Under the pieces are notes generated by a model. The model saw only the letters and a list, made by a program, of their open reading frames with translations, ran no database searches and was not told the origin of the DNA. 32,000 bases of DNA, from sequence record BTPI01000021.1. One strand, given 5' to 3'. The position numbers and the translations under genes are program-made. Below, one piece after another: positions 1 to 10,097 of the stretch. The stretch's first letter is position 1; every line of letters begins with the position of its first letter.

Positions 1-1050
1 TTAAAATTACAAAGAATTATAACAAATATATTCATATACTAATGAAGCTGGCCTTTGCTAGCAAAGCCTTGTCAATAAAAAACAAGGTTTTTTATAGGCT
101 AGTAGGTAAAAAACTTGTACAAGTACAAGCTTGTTGCAAAGTTTTTTATTAACCAGTTAATAAATTTCACCATGTGAAATTTACTTACTGGTTTTACAAA
201 TTATTATTATTAAATAATAAGATCAAATGAAGAAAAGCTTATGGTGGATACCTAGGCACCTAGAGACGATGAAGGGCGTGGAAACCAACGAAATGCTTCG
301 AGAAGCTGGAAACAAGCTACGATTCGAAGATTCCCGAATAGGGCAACCTTTTAAACTACCTATTAAATTCATAAATAGGAAAGAGATAACCTAGTGAACT
401 GAAACATCTTAGTAGCTAGAGGAAAAGAAAGCAAACGCGATTCCCGTAGTAGCGGCGAGCGAACTGGGAACAGCCTAAACCAGAACATTTTTTGTTTTGG
501 GGTTGTGGGAAGAATTTAAAACTAAAAATATAAAATTAAACGAAGCAGCTGAATCCTGCACCAAAGACGGTGAAAGTCCGGTAGTTAAAAATACTATATT
601 TTTATTTTCTAATCCCGAGTAGCATGGGGCACGTGAAATCCCGTGTGAATCTACGAGGACCACCTCGTAAGGCTAAATATTCCTAGGTGACCGATAGTGA
701 AATAGTACTGCGAAGGAAAGGTGAAAAAGAACCCCTACAGGGGAGTGAAATAGAACATGAAACCGTAAGCTGTCAAGCAATGGGAGGGTTTATTTAATTT
801 TTAATTGAATAGTACAAAACCTGACCGTGTGCCTGTTGAAGAATGAGCCGGCGACTTATAATAAGTGGCATGGTTAAAGAAAACCATCTGAAGCCATAGC
901 GAAAGCAAGTCTTAATAGGGCATTACGTCACTTATTATGGACCCGAACCCGGGTGATCTAACCATGACCAGGATGAAGCTTGGGTAAAACCAAGTGGAAG
1001 TCCGAACCGACCGATGTTGAAAAATCGGCGGATGAGTTGTGGTTAGGGGT

Positions 1051-2294
1051 AAAAATGGCGATTTTGCCCCGCAAAAAGGCGACTTTTTGTAACATACTGA
1101 CTCATAACGGTGAAACCTAACAAGCAAAGCGCAAGCTTTTCTTTATGGCAATACCGTGGGAAGTTTTATTATTGTAAAAGTAAAAAATTACACCAAACTT
1201 TTAAACTTCGGTTGAAGTGGTGCCTTAATGAAACCCCGTAACGACTGACTCGAAAGAGGAGAGCAAAGAGGTTTGCTAACACGTCAGCACTCACATACTT
1301 TATTCTCTTATGGACTAGTATATTTTATGAATTTAGACTTTATTGCAGGCTTAATTGACGCAGATGGAAGCCTAGGATTAAGTTTGGAATGTATTAAAAA
1401 CAAAGAAACAAATACCGTGCAATACAGACGTAAGCTTGTTCTTGATATTACAAACAAAGATAAAGCTGTTTTGGAAATGGTTGTCAAGGTTTTAAAATTT
1501 GGTAGAGTGGTAACTGCTAGTTCAGTGTTTGCGTATCGAGCTAACTCTTATCTCGACATACAAAAATTTGTAGATTTATTTGAAAACCGTTTTCATGGTT
1601 CCGCTAAAATAGAGATGCTTGTTATTTAAACAAGCATTAAAACTATGCAAAGCTGATAGGTCAAAACTCGGTTTCAGTAAATTTGTTCATTTAATGTATG
1701 CTAGCAATACACAAGGTACAACCCGCAAATACAGCATGCAATATTGGCTAAACATATTCGAAGGTAATTATATGCCAAATTACATAGACGAAATAAGAAA
1801 AAATACTATAGCTTCAATACCCATGAACGCATCATACGTAAGTGGATATACTCAAGGCGATGGTAGTTTTAACTTATCAAGTAAAACACGTTTGCAAGCA
1901 AATTTTACCTTAACTGACCCGGAAAAAAGCGTTCTTATTGAAATTCAAAACTTTTTACAACTTGGTAATTCTTGTGTCATTCCTATAAACCCGAAAACTA
2001 CAAAGCATAATAAAATTTGTTATAGACTTCAGGTTGATAGAACTAAAAAGGCTATACAATGCATTATACCACACTTTGACAAGTTCCCAGTGTATGGTAA
2101 TCAAAGCAAACGTTATAATTTGTACAAAAAAGGGGTTTTGATACTATCAGCTAAAGCAAATAGTTATGAAGCTGAATTCAAAAAAATAGCTAGTAAATTT
2201 AAACACCTAAAAGAGAAGTGAGTTGAAGGTATAGTCTAATCTTAGTTGAAAAGCTAAGAAAAATATAAGTTTTAAATTTGTATTTTGTTAAATG
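1051..2294 (+). mobile_element. Group I intron in 23S rRNA domain II
   Basis: The exon sequence gatgagttgtggttaggggt|gaaatgccaatcgaactcggagctagctggttctcc is contiguous in bacterial 23S but is split here by 1244 nt. The last exon base is T (1050) and the last intron base is G (2294). The conserved core element gaaggtatagtc lies at 2225-2236. The intron carries a LAGLIDADG ORF. Confidence 0.85.
1327..2221 (+). pseudogene. Double-motif LAGLIDADG homing endonuclease ORF, split by a +1 frameshift near 1613-1629
   Basis: ORF 1273..1629 contains FIAGLIDADGS (motif 1; first ATG at 1327). ORF 1619..2221 is in another frame, starts only at TTG, and contains YVSGYTQGDGSF (motif 2). The two frames overlap by about 10 nt, which fits a single gene broken by a frameshift. 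Confidence 0.8.
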
Positions 2295-3444
2295 GAAATG
2301 CCAATCGAACTCGGAGCTAGCTGGTTCTCCCCGAAATGCGTTGAGGCGCAGCGATTAACGATTTAAATAGAGCTGTCTAGGGGTAAAGCACTGTTTCGGT
2401 GCGGGCTGCGAGAGCGGTACCAAATCGTAGCAAACTAAGAATACTAAGCATTGCTTTCCGTTAATCAGTGAGACGGTGGGGGATAAGCTTCATCGTCGAG
2501 AGGGAAACAGCCCAGATCATTAGCTAAGGCCCCTAAATGATTGCTAAGTGGCAAAGGAGGTGAAAATGCTGAAACAACCAGGAGGTTTGCTTAGAAGCAG
2601 CCACCCTTAAAAGAGTGCGTAATAGCTCACTGGTGAAGCGTTTTTGCGCCGAAAATGAACGGGACTAAGCAATCTGCCGAAGCTGTGGGTTAGAATTTTT
2701 TGTAAAAAAATTTTTACGGTAGGGGAGCGTTCCGCTCTAGGGTGAAGTATTTATGAAAGTAAGTATGGACAAAGCGGAAGTGAGAATGTCGGCTTGAGTA
2801 ACGCAAACATTGGTGAGAATCCAATGCCCCGAAAACCTAAGGGTTCCTTTACTAGGCTCGTCCATGAAGGGTTAGTCAGGACCTAAGGCAAGGCCGAAAG
2901 GCGTAGTCGATGGCAAACAGGTTAATATTCCTGTACTAATTTTAAATTGATACCGAGGGACGAAGAAAGCAAACATTGGCCAAAAAATGGATTGTTGGTG
3001 GAAATGCTCAAGGTAATGAAAATAGAAAAAAAACTATTTTTAAACTGAGACATGATACGATTTTATTCCCTAAATTTGTTTTAATGCTTAAAACATTAAA
3101 ACATTAATTTATAGTAAAATTCAATTTTTTGTTAAGCTTCCTAGAAAAGCTCGTAGTATTTTATATTTTAAAATTACCTGTACCTTAAACCGACACAGGT
3201 AGGTGGGTAGAGTATACCTAGGGGCGCGAGATAACTCTCTCTAAGGAACTCGGCAAAATGGCCCCGTAACTTCGGGAGAAGGGGTGCCTCTTTAAAAAGA
3301 GGCCGCAGTGACCAGGCCCAAGCGACTGTTTACCAAAAACACAGGTCTCCGCTAAGTCGTAAGACAACATATGGGGGCTGACGCCTGCCCAGTGCCGGAA
3401 GGTGAAGGAAGTTGGTTATTCAAAGGAAACTAGAAAAAGCTAAC

Positions 3445-3542
<98 letters not shown>

Positions 3543-3793
3543 TTTGGGCGCTGTCTCGGAGAGAGACTCGGTGAAATAGACATGTCCGTGAAGATGCGGA
3601 CTTCTTGCACCTGGACAGAAAGACCCTATGAAGCTTGACTGTAGCTTGTAATTGGGTTCGGGCTTTTTTTGCGCAGTCTAGGTGGGAGGCATTGATAATT
3701 TTCTTCTGGGAAAGTTGGAGCCGTTCGTGAGAGACCACTCTGAAAGAGCTAGAATTCTAATAATGATCCTTGAATCAGGACATTTGACAGTTG

Positions 3794-3831
<38 letters not shown>

Positions 3832-3892
3832 AGTAACGGAGGCGTGCAAAGGTTCCCTCAAGCTGGACGGAAATCAGCTTAAGAGTGTAAAG

Positions 3893-3926
<34 letters not shown>

Positions 3927-4021
3927 AAGCAGGGGCGAAAGCCGGCCTTAGTGATCCGACGGTACCGAGTGGAAGGGCCGTCGCTCAACGGATAAAAGTT
4001 ACTCTAGGGATAACAGGCTGA

Positions 4022-4080
<59 letters not shown>

Positions 4081-4137
4081 ACCTGGAGCGGTAGTACGTT
4101 CCAAGGGTTGGGCTGTTCGCCCATGAAAGCGGTACGT

Positions 4138-4173
<36 letters not shown>

Positions 4174-4457
4174 ATATCCGGTGTAAGCGTTAGAGTATTG
4201 AGAGGATTCTTCCATTGTACGAGAGGACCTGGAAGAACGCACCACTAGTATACCAGTTCTCGTTCCAACGGGATACGCTGGGTAGCCAAGTACGGAGCGG
4301 ATAACTGCTGAAAGCATCTAAGTAGGAAGCCCACCTCAAGATGAGTACTCTCATTAAGGTCACGGCAAGACGAGCCGTTTGATAGGTATCAAGTGAAAGG
4401 TCAGTAATGGCTGAAGCTGAGATATACTAATAGACCGTATGATTTTGATCATTTCTT

Positions 4458-4582
4458 AATCTGGTTAAACCACATTTAGTTTGGTTTAACCAGATTGTTT
4501 TTTTAGTAAACATTAAATGTTTACTAACTTATTATAAAGTATAAATAAAAATGTATATTTTTATTATATACTTTATAATAAG
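4458..4582 (+). other. 23S-5S spacer made of three consecutive hairpins
   Basis: Hairpin 1: 4458-4472/4482-4496 (15 bp stem). Hairpin 2: 4503-4513/4517-4527 (11 bp stem, taa loop). Hairpin 3: 4528-4582 (about 25 bp stem with one bulge). The set ends 22 nt before 5S. Confidence 0.7.
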
Positions 4583-4604
4583 TATATACTATAGATTAAA
4601 CATA

Positions 4605-4726
4605 TATCCTAGTGTTTTTATTTATATGGAACCACTTCAATCCATCTCGAACTTGGCTGTGAAACATATAAAGAGTGAAAATACTTAAACCGAGGGGTTT
4701 TGGGAAAATAACTTAATGCTAGGATA
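4605..4726 (+). rRNA. rrf: 5S rRNA
   Basis: The 5' tatcctag pairs with the 3' ctaggata. Internal gaaccacttcaatccatctcgaacttgg matches the conserved plastid/bacterial 5S loop region. Length is 122 nt, located downstream of 23S. Confidence 0.85.
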
Positions 4727-4778
4727 ATTTTTTAAATTACATAAGTTGTATAAAATTATTGCTTATAACAAGAAAAAT

Positions 4779-4921
4779 CAACTCCTAAGAAAACAAACAA
4801 AGTTTGTTTTCCAAGGTTCTCCGAAGCCTTTGCTAATAAAAACTTCGTTTTCTGCTACGCTGACAAAGCAAGGGTTCGGAGAACCTTTGAAAACAAGCTT
4901 TGCTTGTTTTCTTAGGAGTTG
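4779..4921. repeat. Nested 143-bp palindromic SDR composite
   Basis: 18-bp termini caactcctaagaaaacaa (4779-4796) and ttgttttcttaggagttg (4904-4921) are exact reverse complements. The inner pair ggttctccgaa / ttcggagaacc is also inverted. Confidence 0.8.
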
Positions 4922-5376
4922 ATAAAATGTTTTCCAAGAAAACCTGGCATACAACAAAGTTGTATGCTTGGAACTAAAGTTCATTTTATTTACAAGCCTG
5001 AAGCTAGCAAGCTAGCTAAGGCTTGCTTGTTATATTTTTCACACACTTGTGTGAAAAATATTACAAAGGCCAAGGTTCTCCGAACCCTTGTTTTGCATTT
5101 TTTTCAAAAAAACAATTAAAATTTGTTACACCATCATAGTGCTTGTTTAACTATCTTTTATTCACTTTGTTCTACATTTTTTTTGTAAAAAAACCATGTT
5201 GTTAAATTTATAACGTGGTTTAGCTAGCTTAGTAAAATATTTGTTTGTTAATCTTTCGATCTACCTTCAAATAATGAACTCAACATATTCTATTTAGCTC
5301 ATTATTTAAGCTTGTTCAGCACTCGACTTGTATTTACTTTATCTAATTATTAATGTTTGATTCTGATTCTTTACTA

Positions 5377-5910
5377 TATATAATAAAAGTCAAAATCTTT
5401 TTCCATATGCATTAAAGCATAATTCGCTTGGTAAACTATTGTTGTAAAAGTAATATATAAATTAATATAAGAATAATCTAATACAATTTCTTTTTTTGTA
5501 ATTTTGTTTAATTCTTGATTGTCGTATGCGCCAAGCTCTAATTGTTTTTAAAAAACATGAAATGTTAAAGTTGTACTTCGACAAACATAAGAAATATTAC
5601 GCAAACTTTTCTCTATGCGTTTAGTTAAAGGAAAAACTTCATTTTCAACTTCATTTTTACCAAGTGTTTTTTTTTGTAAAACTGGGATTTTATCATCCAA
5701 ACTTTTTTTTATCTAAAATAAAGGAAACATTATTTCTTTTTTGTACTTTTGCAACGCAATTTCCCAACTAATTATATCTTGCTTAAGATCTTGGTTTATT
5801 TCTTCCGCTTTCTTTTTAATTTTTTTTGAGATTTCATGTGTCACTAAAATAACGTCCAAATGTGTTTGAAGATTTTTAAATTCAACAACTATTTCATTTT
5901 TTTCAGACAT
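5377..5910 (-). pseudogene. Decayed ORF of unknown function (178 codons in one frame, with two in-frame stops)
   Basis: The listed ORF 5713..5910 continues in the same frame past TAG (5713-5715) for 54 codons. It then continues past TAA (5548-5550) for another 57 codons and ends at TAG TAA (5371-5376). I recognise no motif. Confidence 0.35.
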
Positions 5911-6037
5911 ACTTCATTTTATATAAAGAATGTAAAATTTGAATACGATTTATAGTATCGTATATATAAAGCACAAAAAACTCTATTTTATATTACTATT
6001 TTAATATAAACTTATTATACGATAATATGTGGTATAT

Positions 6038-6164
6038 CTTATTTATTACACATTTAAGTATACTATATATTATAGTACTATTTGAATATAAACCCAGTAT
6101 AAAATAAGAAAATAATGTGTTGTATACTTTATTTATTACATATGTAATTATACTATATATTATA
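6038..6164. repeat. AT-rich local duplication (about 37 bp, two copies roughly 89 bp apart)
   Basis: cttatttattacacatttaagtatactatatattata (6038-6074) versus ctttatttattacatatgtaattatactatatattata (6127-6164). This duplication explains the repeated peptide in listed ORF 5996..6253. Confidence 0.7.
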
Positions 6165-6280
6165 ACACACCTAAGTAATTCAAAACTGTAGTAGTTGATA
6201 AAATTAAAAAATTTGATTTTATTTACTAGCGAAGCAAGCCTGCAGTAAGACAAAACTTTGTTTTGTCCAACAAAGGCAAC

Positions 6281-6360
6281 TTACTTCTAAGCATACAACT
6301 TTGCGATAAGTTTGTACCTTGTACAAATTGTATGCCAGGTTTTTGTATACAAAAACGTTA
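6281..6360. repeat. 80-bp direct repeat, copy 1 (partner at 6827-6906)
   Basis: ttacttctaagcatacaactttgcgataagtttgtaccttgtacaaattgtatgccaggtttttgtatacaaaaacgtta. It has about 7 mismatches to copy 2 and contains the palindromes tttgtaccttgtacaaa and tttttgtatacaaaaa. A partial third copy lies at about 17765-17815. Confidence 0.8.
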
Positions 6361-6663
6361 AAATACCAAAAGGTAGAAATTAAAGATATTTATGCTTCAA
6401 TTATGCATTTTTTTTTCTGAACCTGTTATTGTTTAAACTTATAATTTTTATTATCTAAAAAATTACTTGTAATTTATATATAAATATATAAACTACATAT
6501 ATATATACATTACTAGCGGAGTAACTGACAAAATAATGTAGTAACTAATAAAGTAGCGCAGTAATTGACAAAGTAAAGTTCTAAGAAAACAAGCTATGCT
6601 TGTTTTCTGAGGAAGGTGATAAAAATTTGTACAAAGTACCCCTTGGTTGCTTTGCTAATATTT

Positions 6664-6718
6664 CCCTTTGCCAGCGTAGCAGTTTCAACTTTGTTGAAAC
6701 TGCTACGCTGGCAAAGGG
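6664..6718. repeat. Perfect 26-bp-stem hairpin (3-nt loop)
   Basis: ccctttgccagcgtagcagtttcaac ttt gttgaaactgctacgctggcaaaggg. One arm recurs at about 27185-27210. Confidence 0.85.
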
Positions 6719-6826
6719 AAACATTAGCAAAGGGGAAGTAAGGTGGGTAAAAAACGAAGTTTTTTACTATACAAGCAAACCTGTAGTGAAACAACTAACT
6801 TACTTCGTTAGTAAGTTGTTTCACTA

Positions 6827-6906
6827 CTTACTTCCAAACATACAACTTTGCGATAAGTTTGTACCTTGTACAAATTGTATGTCAAATTTTTGTATACAAA
6901 AACATT
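6827..6906. repeat. 80-bp direct repeat, copy 2 (partner at 6281-6360)
   Basis: ttacttccaaacatacaactttgcgataagtttgtaccttgtacaaattgtatgtcaaatttttgtatacaaaaacatta. Confidence 0.8.
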
Positions 6907-7069
6907 AGCAGTAATAAAAAATACAAAGTATTTTTTATAACTTGTTATATTTTTCACACACTTGCAACAAGTTTGTACTTGTACAAATGTGAAAAATATT
7001 ACAAAGGCCTACCTAATTAAATTTCACAAAGTGAAATTTAATAATAGCTGTTATAAAACTGCCTTTGCT

Positions 7070-7118
7070 AGTTGATAAAATCAAACTTGAACAGAGTTCA
7101 AGTTTGATTTTATCAACT
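7070..7118. repeat. 23-bp-stem hairpin, an extended version of the gttgataaaatcaaac family
   Basis: agttgataaaatcaaacttgaac aga gttcaagtttgattttatcaact. Confidence 0.8.
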
Positions 7119-7273
7119 GCCAAAGTATTTTTTATTACTCTATTTAAAAGCTTAAATTTTAAATTAAAAATTGCTTATAATAAATAAAATCAAACTAAGT
7201 TTAATTTTATCAACTACAGGCTTACCTAGCTAGTAAAAAAAATTATACCTTAAATTTTAGGAGATTACATATT

Positions 7274-8968
7274 GTGTCTATTTTAGCTTGGATTGAAGAT
7301 CAGAGAAAACTAAAATTACTGAATGCACCAAAATATAATCACCCAGCTTCTGATGGAAGCAAAGGATTATGGACTCGATGCGATCATTGTGGAGTAATAC
7401 TTTATATTAAACATTTAAAAGAAAATCGTCGAGTTTGTTTTGGGTGTGGTTATCATCTTCAAATGAATAGCGAAGAAAGAATTGATCATCTTATTGATGC
7501 TGGGACATGGCGACCACTTGATGAAACTCTTTCTCCGTGTGATCCATTAGAATTTTGGGACCAAAAAGCATATATTGAACGATTAAAAGAATCACAACAA
7601 CGAACTGGTCTTCAAGATGCAGTTCAAACTGGTACCGGCATGCTGGATGGTATTCCAATTGCTTTAGGGGTTATGGATTTTTACTTTATGGGAGGAAGCA
7701 TGGGTTCAGTTGTAGGGGAAAAAATTACTCGATTAATTGAATATGCGACTCAAGAAGGATTAACACTTATATTAGTTTGTGCATCAGGAGGAGCTAGAAT
7801 GCAAGAAGGTGTGTTAAGTTTAATGCAAATGGCAAAAATTTCTTCAGCATTACAAATTTATCAATCTTGTGCAAATTTACTATATATTTCAGTTGTTACT
7901 TCTCCAACAACTGGGGGTGTTACAGCTAGTTTTGCAATGCTAGGTGATCTTATTTTTGCTGAACCAAAAGCATTAATTGGGTTTGCTGGAAGACGTGTTA
8001 TTGAGCAAACTTTACAAGAACAGTTACCTGATGATTTTCAAACAGCTGAATACTTATTGCATCATGGTCTTGTTGATTTAATTATTCCTCGATCTTTTTT
8101 TAAACCAGCATTGTTTGAAACCATTACGCTATACAAAGATGCTCCATTAAAGCGTATAGGAAATATACCTCATGGAATACAACAAAACTTAAATTTTATT
8201 ACTGAAGAAAGAATCCGTAGAAAATGGTCGAATTGGAAGCAAAAAATGATTGTGGAAAACGGATCACATAGTGAAACACCTACACCTCTTGCTAATGTTT
8301 CAACGGAGTTGAAACATAAGCAAGGCAATGAAGTTTCACTATTAACAGAAAAATTAGGTAAAAATTATTTAGAAAAATTAAAAATTTCTTATAAAAAACA
8401 GCCTTCAGAATCCTTATATAGAGAAATTTTAACCTGTTTTCAAAGCATGTTTGATTTCTTTGCTTTATCTTCAAACATTGAAGGCAACTCTTCAATACAA
8501 ATTGATTCTTCAACAAATATAAGCTCAAATTCAAATGAACAAATTGAGCCATTTAAAAAATTTAAACAAAGTTTTGACCAAACTATTCAAAGTCAGCAAA
8601 ATAATGAAAATACCCTATTTAATGAAACCTTATTTAATGAATTTATTTTAAAATATTCTTCTCGTTGCATTGCTGATGTTTCAACGGGGTTGAAACATAA
8701 GCAAGTGAAAAACGCATTTATACCCGAGAAAAAAAATAAAGTATTGAGCAATCAATCTTTAACGGCTTCATTTAGTAATAGTAATTCTACTACTGAACAA
8801 GAAAGTTTGCAAAACCACGAAATTAATAATACGAAATCCGTAATAAGTCAAAAAATTATTGAATGGCGGATTTTATATACTGTTCAAAATAATAAATCAA
8901 AAACAAATTTTTTAGACGTTTTTATAAATGGAAAACATAGAAATTTTTTTTATAAATCATTGATTTAA
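7274..8968 (+). CDS. accD: Acetyl-CoA carboxylase carboxyltransferase beta subunit with a roughly 265-aa C-terminal extension
   Basis: The N-terminal ~300 aa align with bacterial AccD: zinc finger CDHCG...CFGCGYH, then [33 protein letters not shown] and [18 protein letters not shown]. Start is GTG at 7274, with aggag at 7259-7263 (10-nt spacing). Stop is TAA. Confidence 0.9.
   Translation: MSILAWIEDQRKLKLLNAPKYNHPASDGSKGLWTRCDHCGVILYIKHLKENRRVCFGCGYHLQMNSEERIDHLIDAGTWRPLDETLSPCDPLEFWDQKAYIERLKESQQRTGLQDAVQTGTGMLDGIPIALGVMDFYFMGGSMGSVVGEKITRLIEYATQEGLTLILVCASGGARMQEGVLSLMQMAKISSALQIYQSCANLLYISVVTSPTTGGVTASFAMLGDLIFAEPKALIGFAGRRVIEQTLQEQLPDDFQTAEYLLHHGLVDLIIPRSFFKPALFETITLYKDAPLKRIGNIPHGIQQNLNFITEERIRRKWSNWKQKMIVENGSHSETPTPLANVSTELKHKQGNEVSLLTEKLGKNYLEKLKISYKKQPSESLYREILTCFQSMFDFFALSSNIEGNSSIQIDSSTNISSNSNEQIEPFKKFKQSFDQTIQSQQNNENTLFNETLFNEFILKYSSRCIADVSTGLKHKQVKNAFIPEKKNKVLSNQSLTASFSNSNSTTEQESLQNHEINNTKSVISQKIIEWRILYTVQNNKSKTNFLDVFINGKHRNFFYKSLI
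8291..8325. repeat. Hairpin SDR inside the accD coding sequence, copy 1
   Basis: gctaatgtttcaacggagttgaaacataagcaagg, with hairpin gtttcaac gga gttgaaac at 8297-8315. It is translated as [11 protein letters not shown]. Confidence 0.8.
8672..8705. repeat. Hairpin SDR inside the accD coding sequence, copy 2
   Basis: gctgatgtttcaacggggttgaaacataagcaag lies 381 nt (127 codons) after copy 1, so it is in the same frame ([10 protein letters not shown]). A related intergenic copy, ttttaacgaagttaaaacataagcaagg, lies at about 12505-12535. Confidence 0.8.
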
Positions 8969-9258
8969 TCAAAATTTTATGCTTATATCATAAAGTAAAG
9001 CCCTAAGAAAATAAGGGTTGTTTATTTTATACACCTTTATGTTACAAAACAATGGGTAAGTTGTGGAGAACCTTATTTTTTGTCTCTACGAAAATAAGCT
9101 TTTCTTTGTTATAAAAATTTTGCAATAAATGTGTACTTTGTATAAATTTTCTGCTTATATGGCAAAGGGTTTTTGCAAAAATCTTTGATTTTTGTAACAA
9201 AGTAACTAATAAAAAATACAAAGTATTTTTTATAACAGGTAACTTCGTTATCAAAAGA

Positions 9259-9400
9259 CCTTTTGGTAGCCTAATTAAATTTCATAAAGTGAAATTTAAT
9301 AATACCTGTTATAAAAAATACCTTTTGTAAGAATAAAACCTAGTTTTATTCTAAGCCTAATTAAATTTCACTTTGTGAAATTTAATAATACCTTTTATAA
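9259..9400. repeat. Tandem array of the 86-bp two-hairpin composite unit (about 1.6 units)
   Basis: aaatttcaY cores at 9277 and 9363 give an 86-bp period. The aaatttcacWWWgtgaaattt hairpins alternate with aagaataaaacNtagttttattct hairpins. Confidence 0.8.
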
Positions 9401-9659
9401 AAAATACTTTGTATTTTTTATTAGTTGCTGCGCTACAAAGTATTTTTTATTATTGTAAATAAAATCAAACAAAGTTTGATTTTATCAACTACTGCGCTAA
9501 TAAACCTTCCTAATAAAACAAGCAAAGCTTGTTTTACCCTTTGCTTTTCTTGTTTTTTCCTTTGCTAATAAAAACGAAGTTTTTATAACAAAGCAAGGGA
9601 CGGAGTTAAAAAACAAGCAAGAGAGGTTTTACAAACCCTTGCTTTGATATAAAAATTTG

Positions 9660-9860
9660 TACAAAGTACCTTTTGTAAGAATAAAACATAGTTTTATTCT
9701 AAGCCTAATTAAATTTCATTTTGTGAAATTTAATAATACCTGTTATAAAAAATACCTTTTGTAAGAATAAAACCTAGTTTTATTCTAAGCCTAATTAAAT
9801 TTCACAAAGTGAAATTTAATAATACCTGTTATAAAAAATACAAAGTATTTTTTATTAGTT
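9660..9860. repeat. Second tandem array of the 86-bp composite unit (about 2.3 units)
   Basis: aaatttcaY cores at 9711 and 9797 give an 86-bp period. The module order matches the 9259-9400 array. Confidence 0.8.
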
Positions 9861-10097
9861 GCTGCGCTACAAAGTATTTTTTATTATTGCTGCGCTACAA
9901 ACTTATTGCAAAGTTTTTATTAGCAAAGGGTTCTTGCAAAAATCTTTGATTTTTGCTAAACCTTGGAAAACAAACAAAGTTTGTTTTCTTAGAAAAACAA
10001 GCTTTACTTGTTTTATTAGAGAAAACAATAAAGCATATTTTCTTATAGAGAAAATTTTATTTTTCCAATCACAGGTTGTTAAAAAAATAACAAATTT

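Noticed and set aside
3010-3180. AT-rich ~160-nt block inside 23S as a possible second intron or internal transcribed spacer
   Set aside because: It coincides with a known variable region of 23S domain III and lacks any group I core element. Fragmentation of the rRNA at this site cannot be excluded, but the sequence offers no positive evidence for it.
5996-6253. 85-aa ORF with an internally repeated peptide
   Set aside because: It is generated by the AT-rich local duplication (6038-6074 / 6127-6164). It has very low complexity, no start-site context and no recognisable motif.
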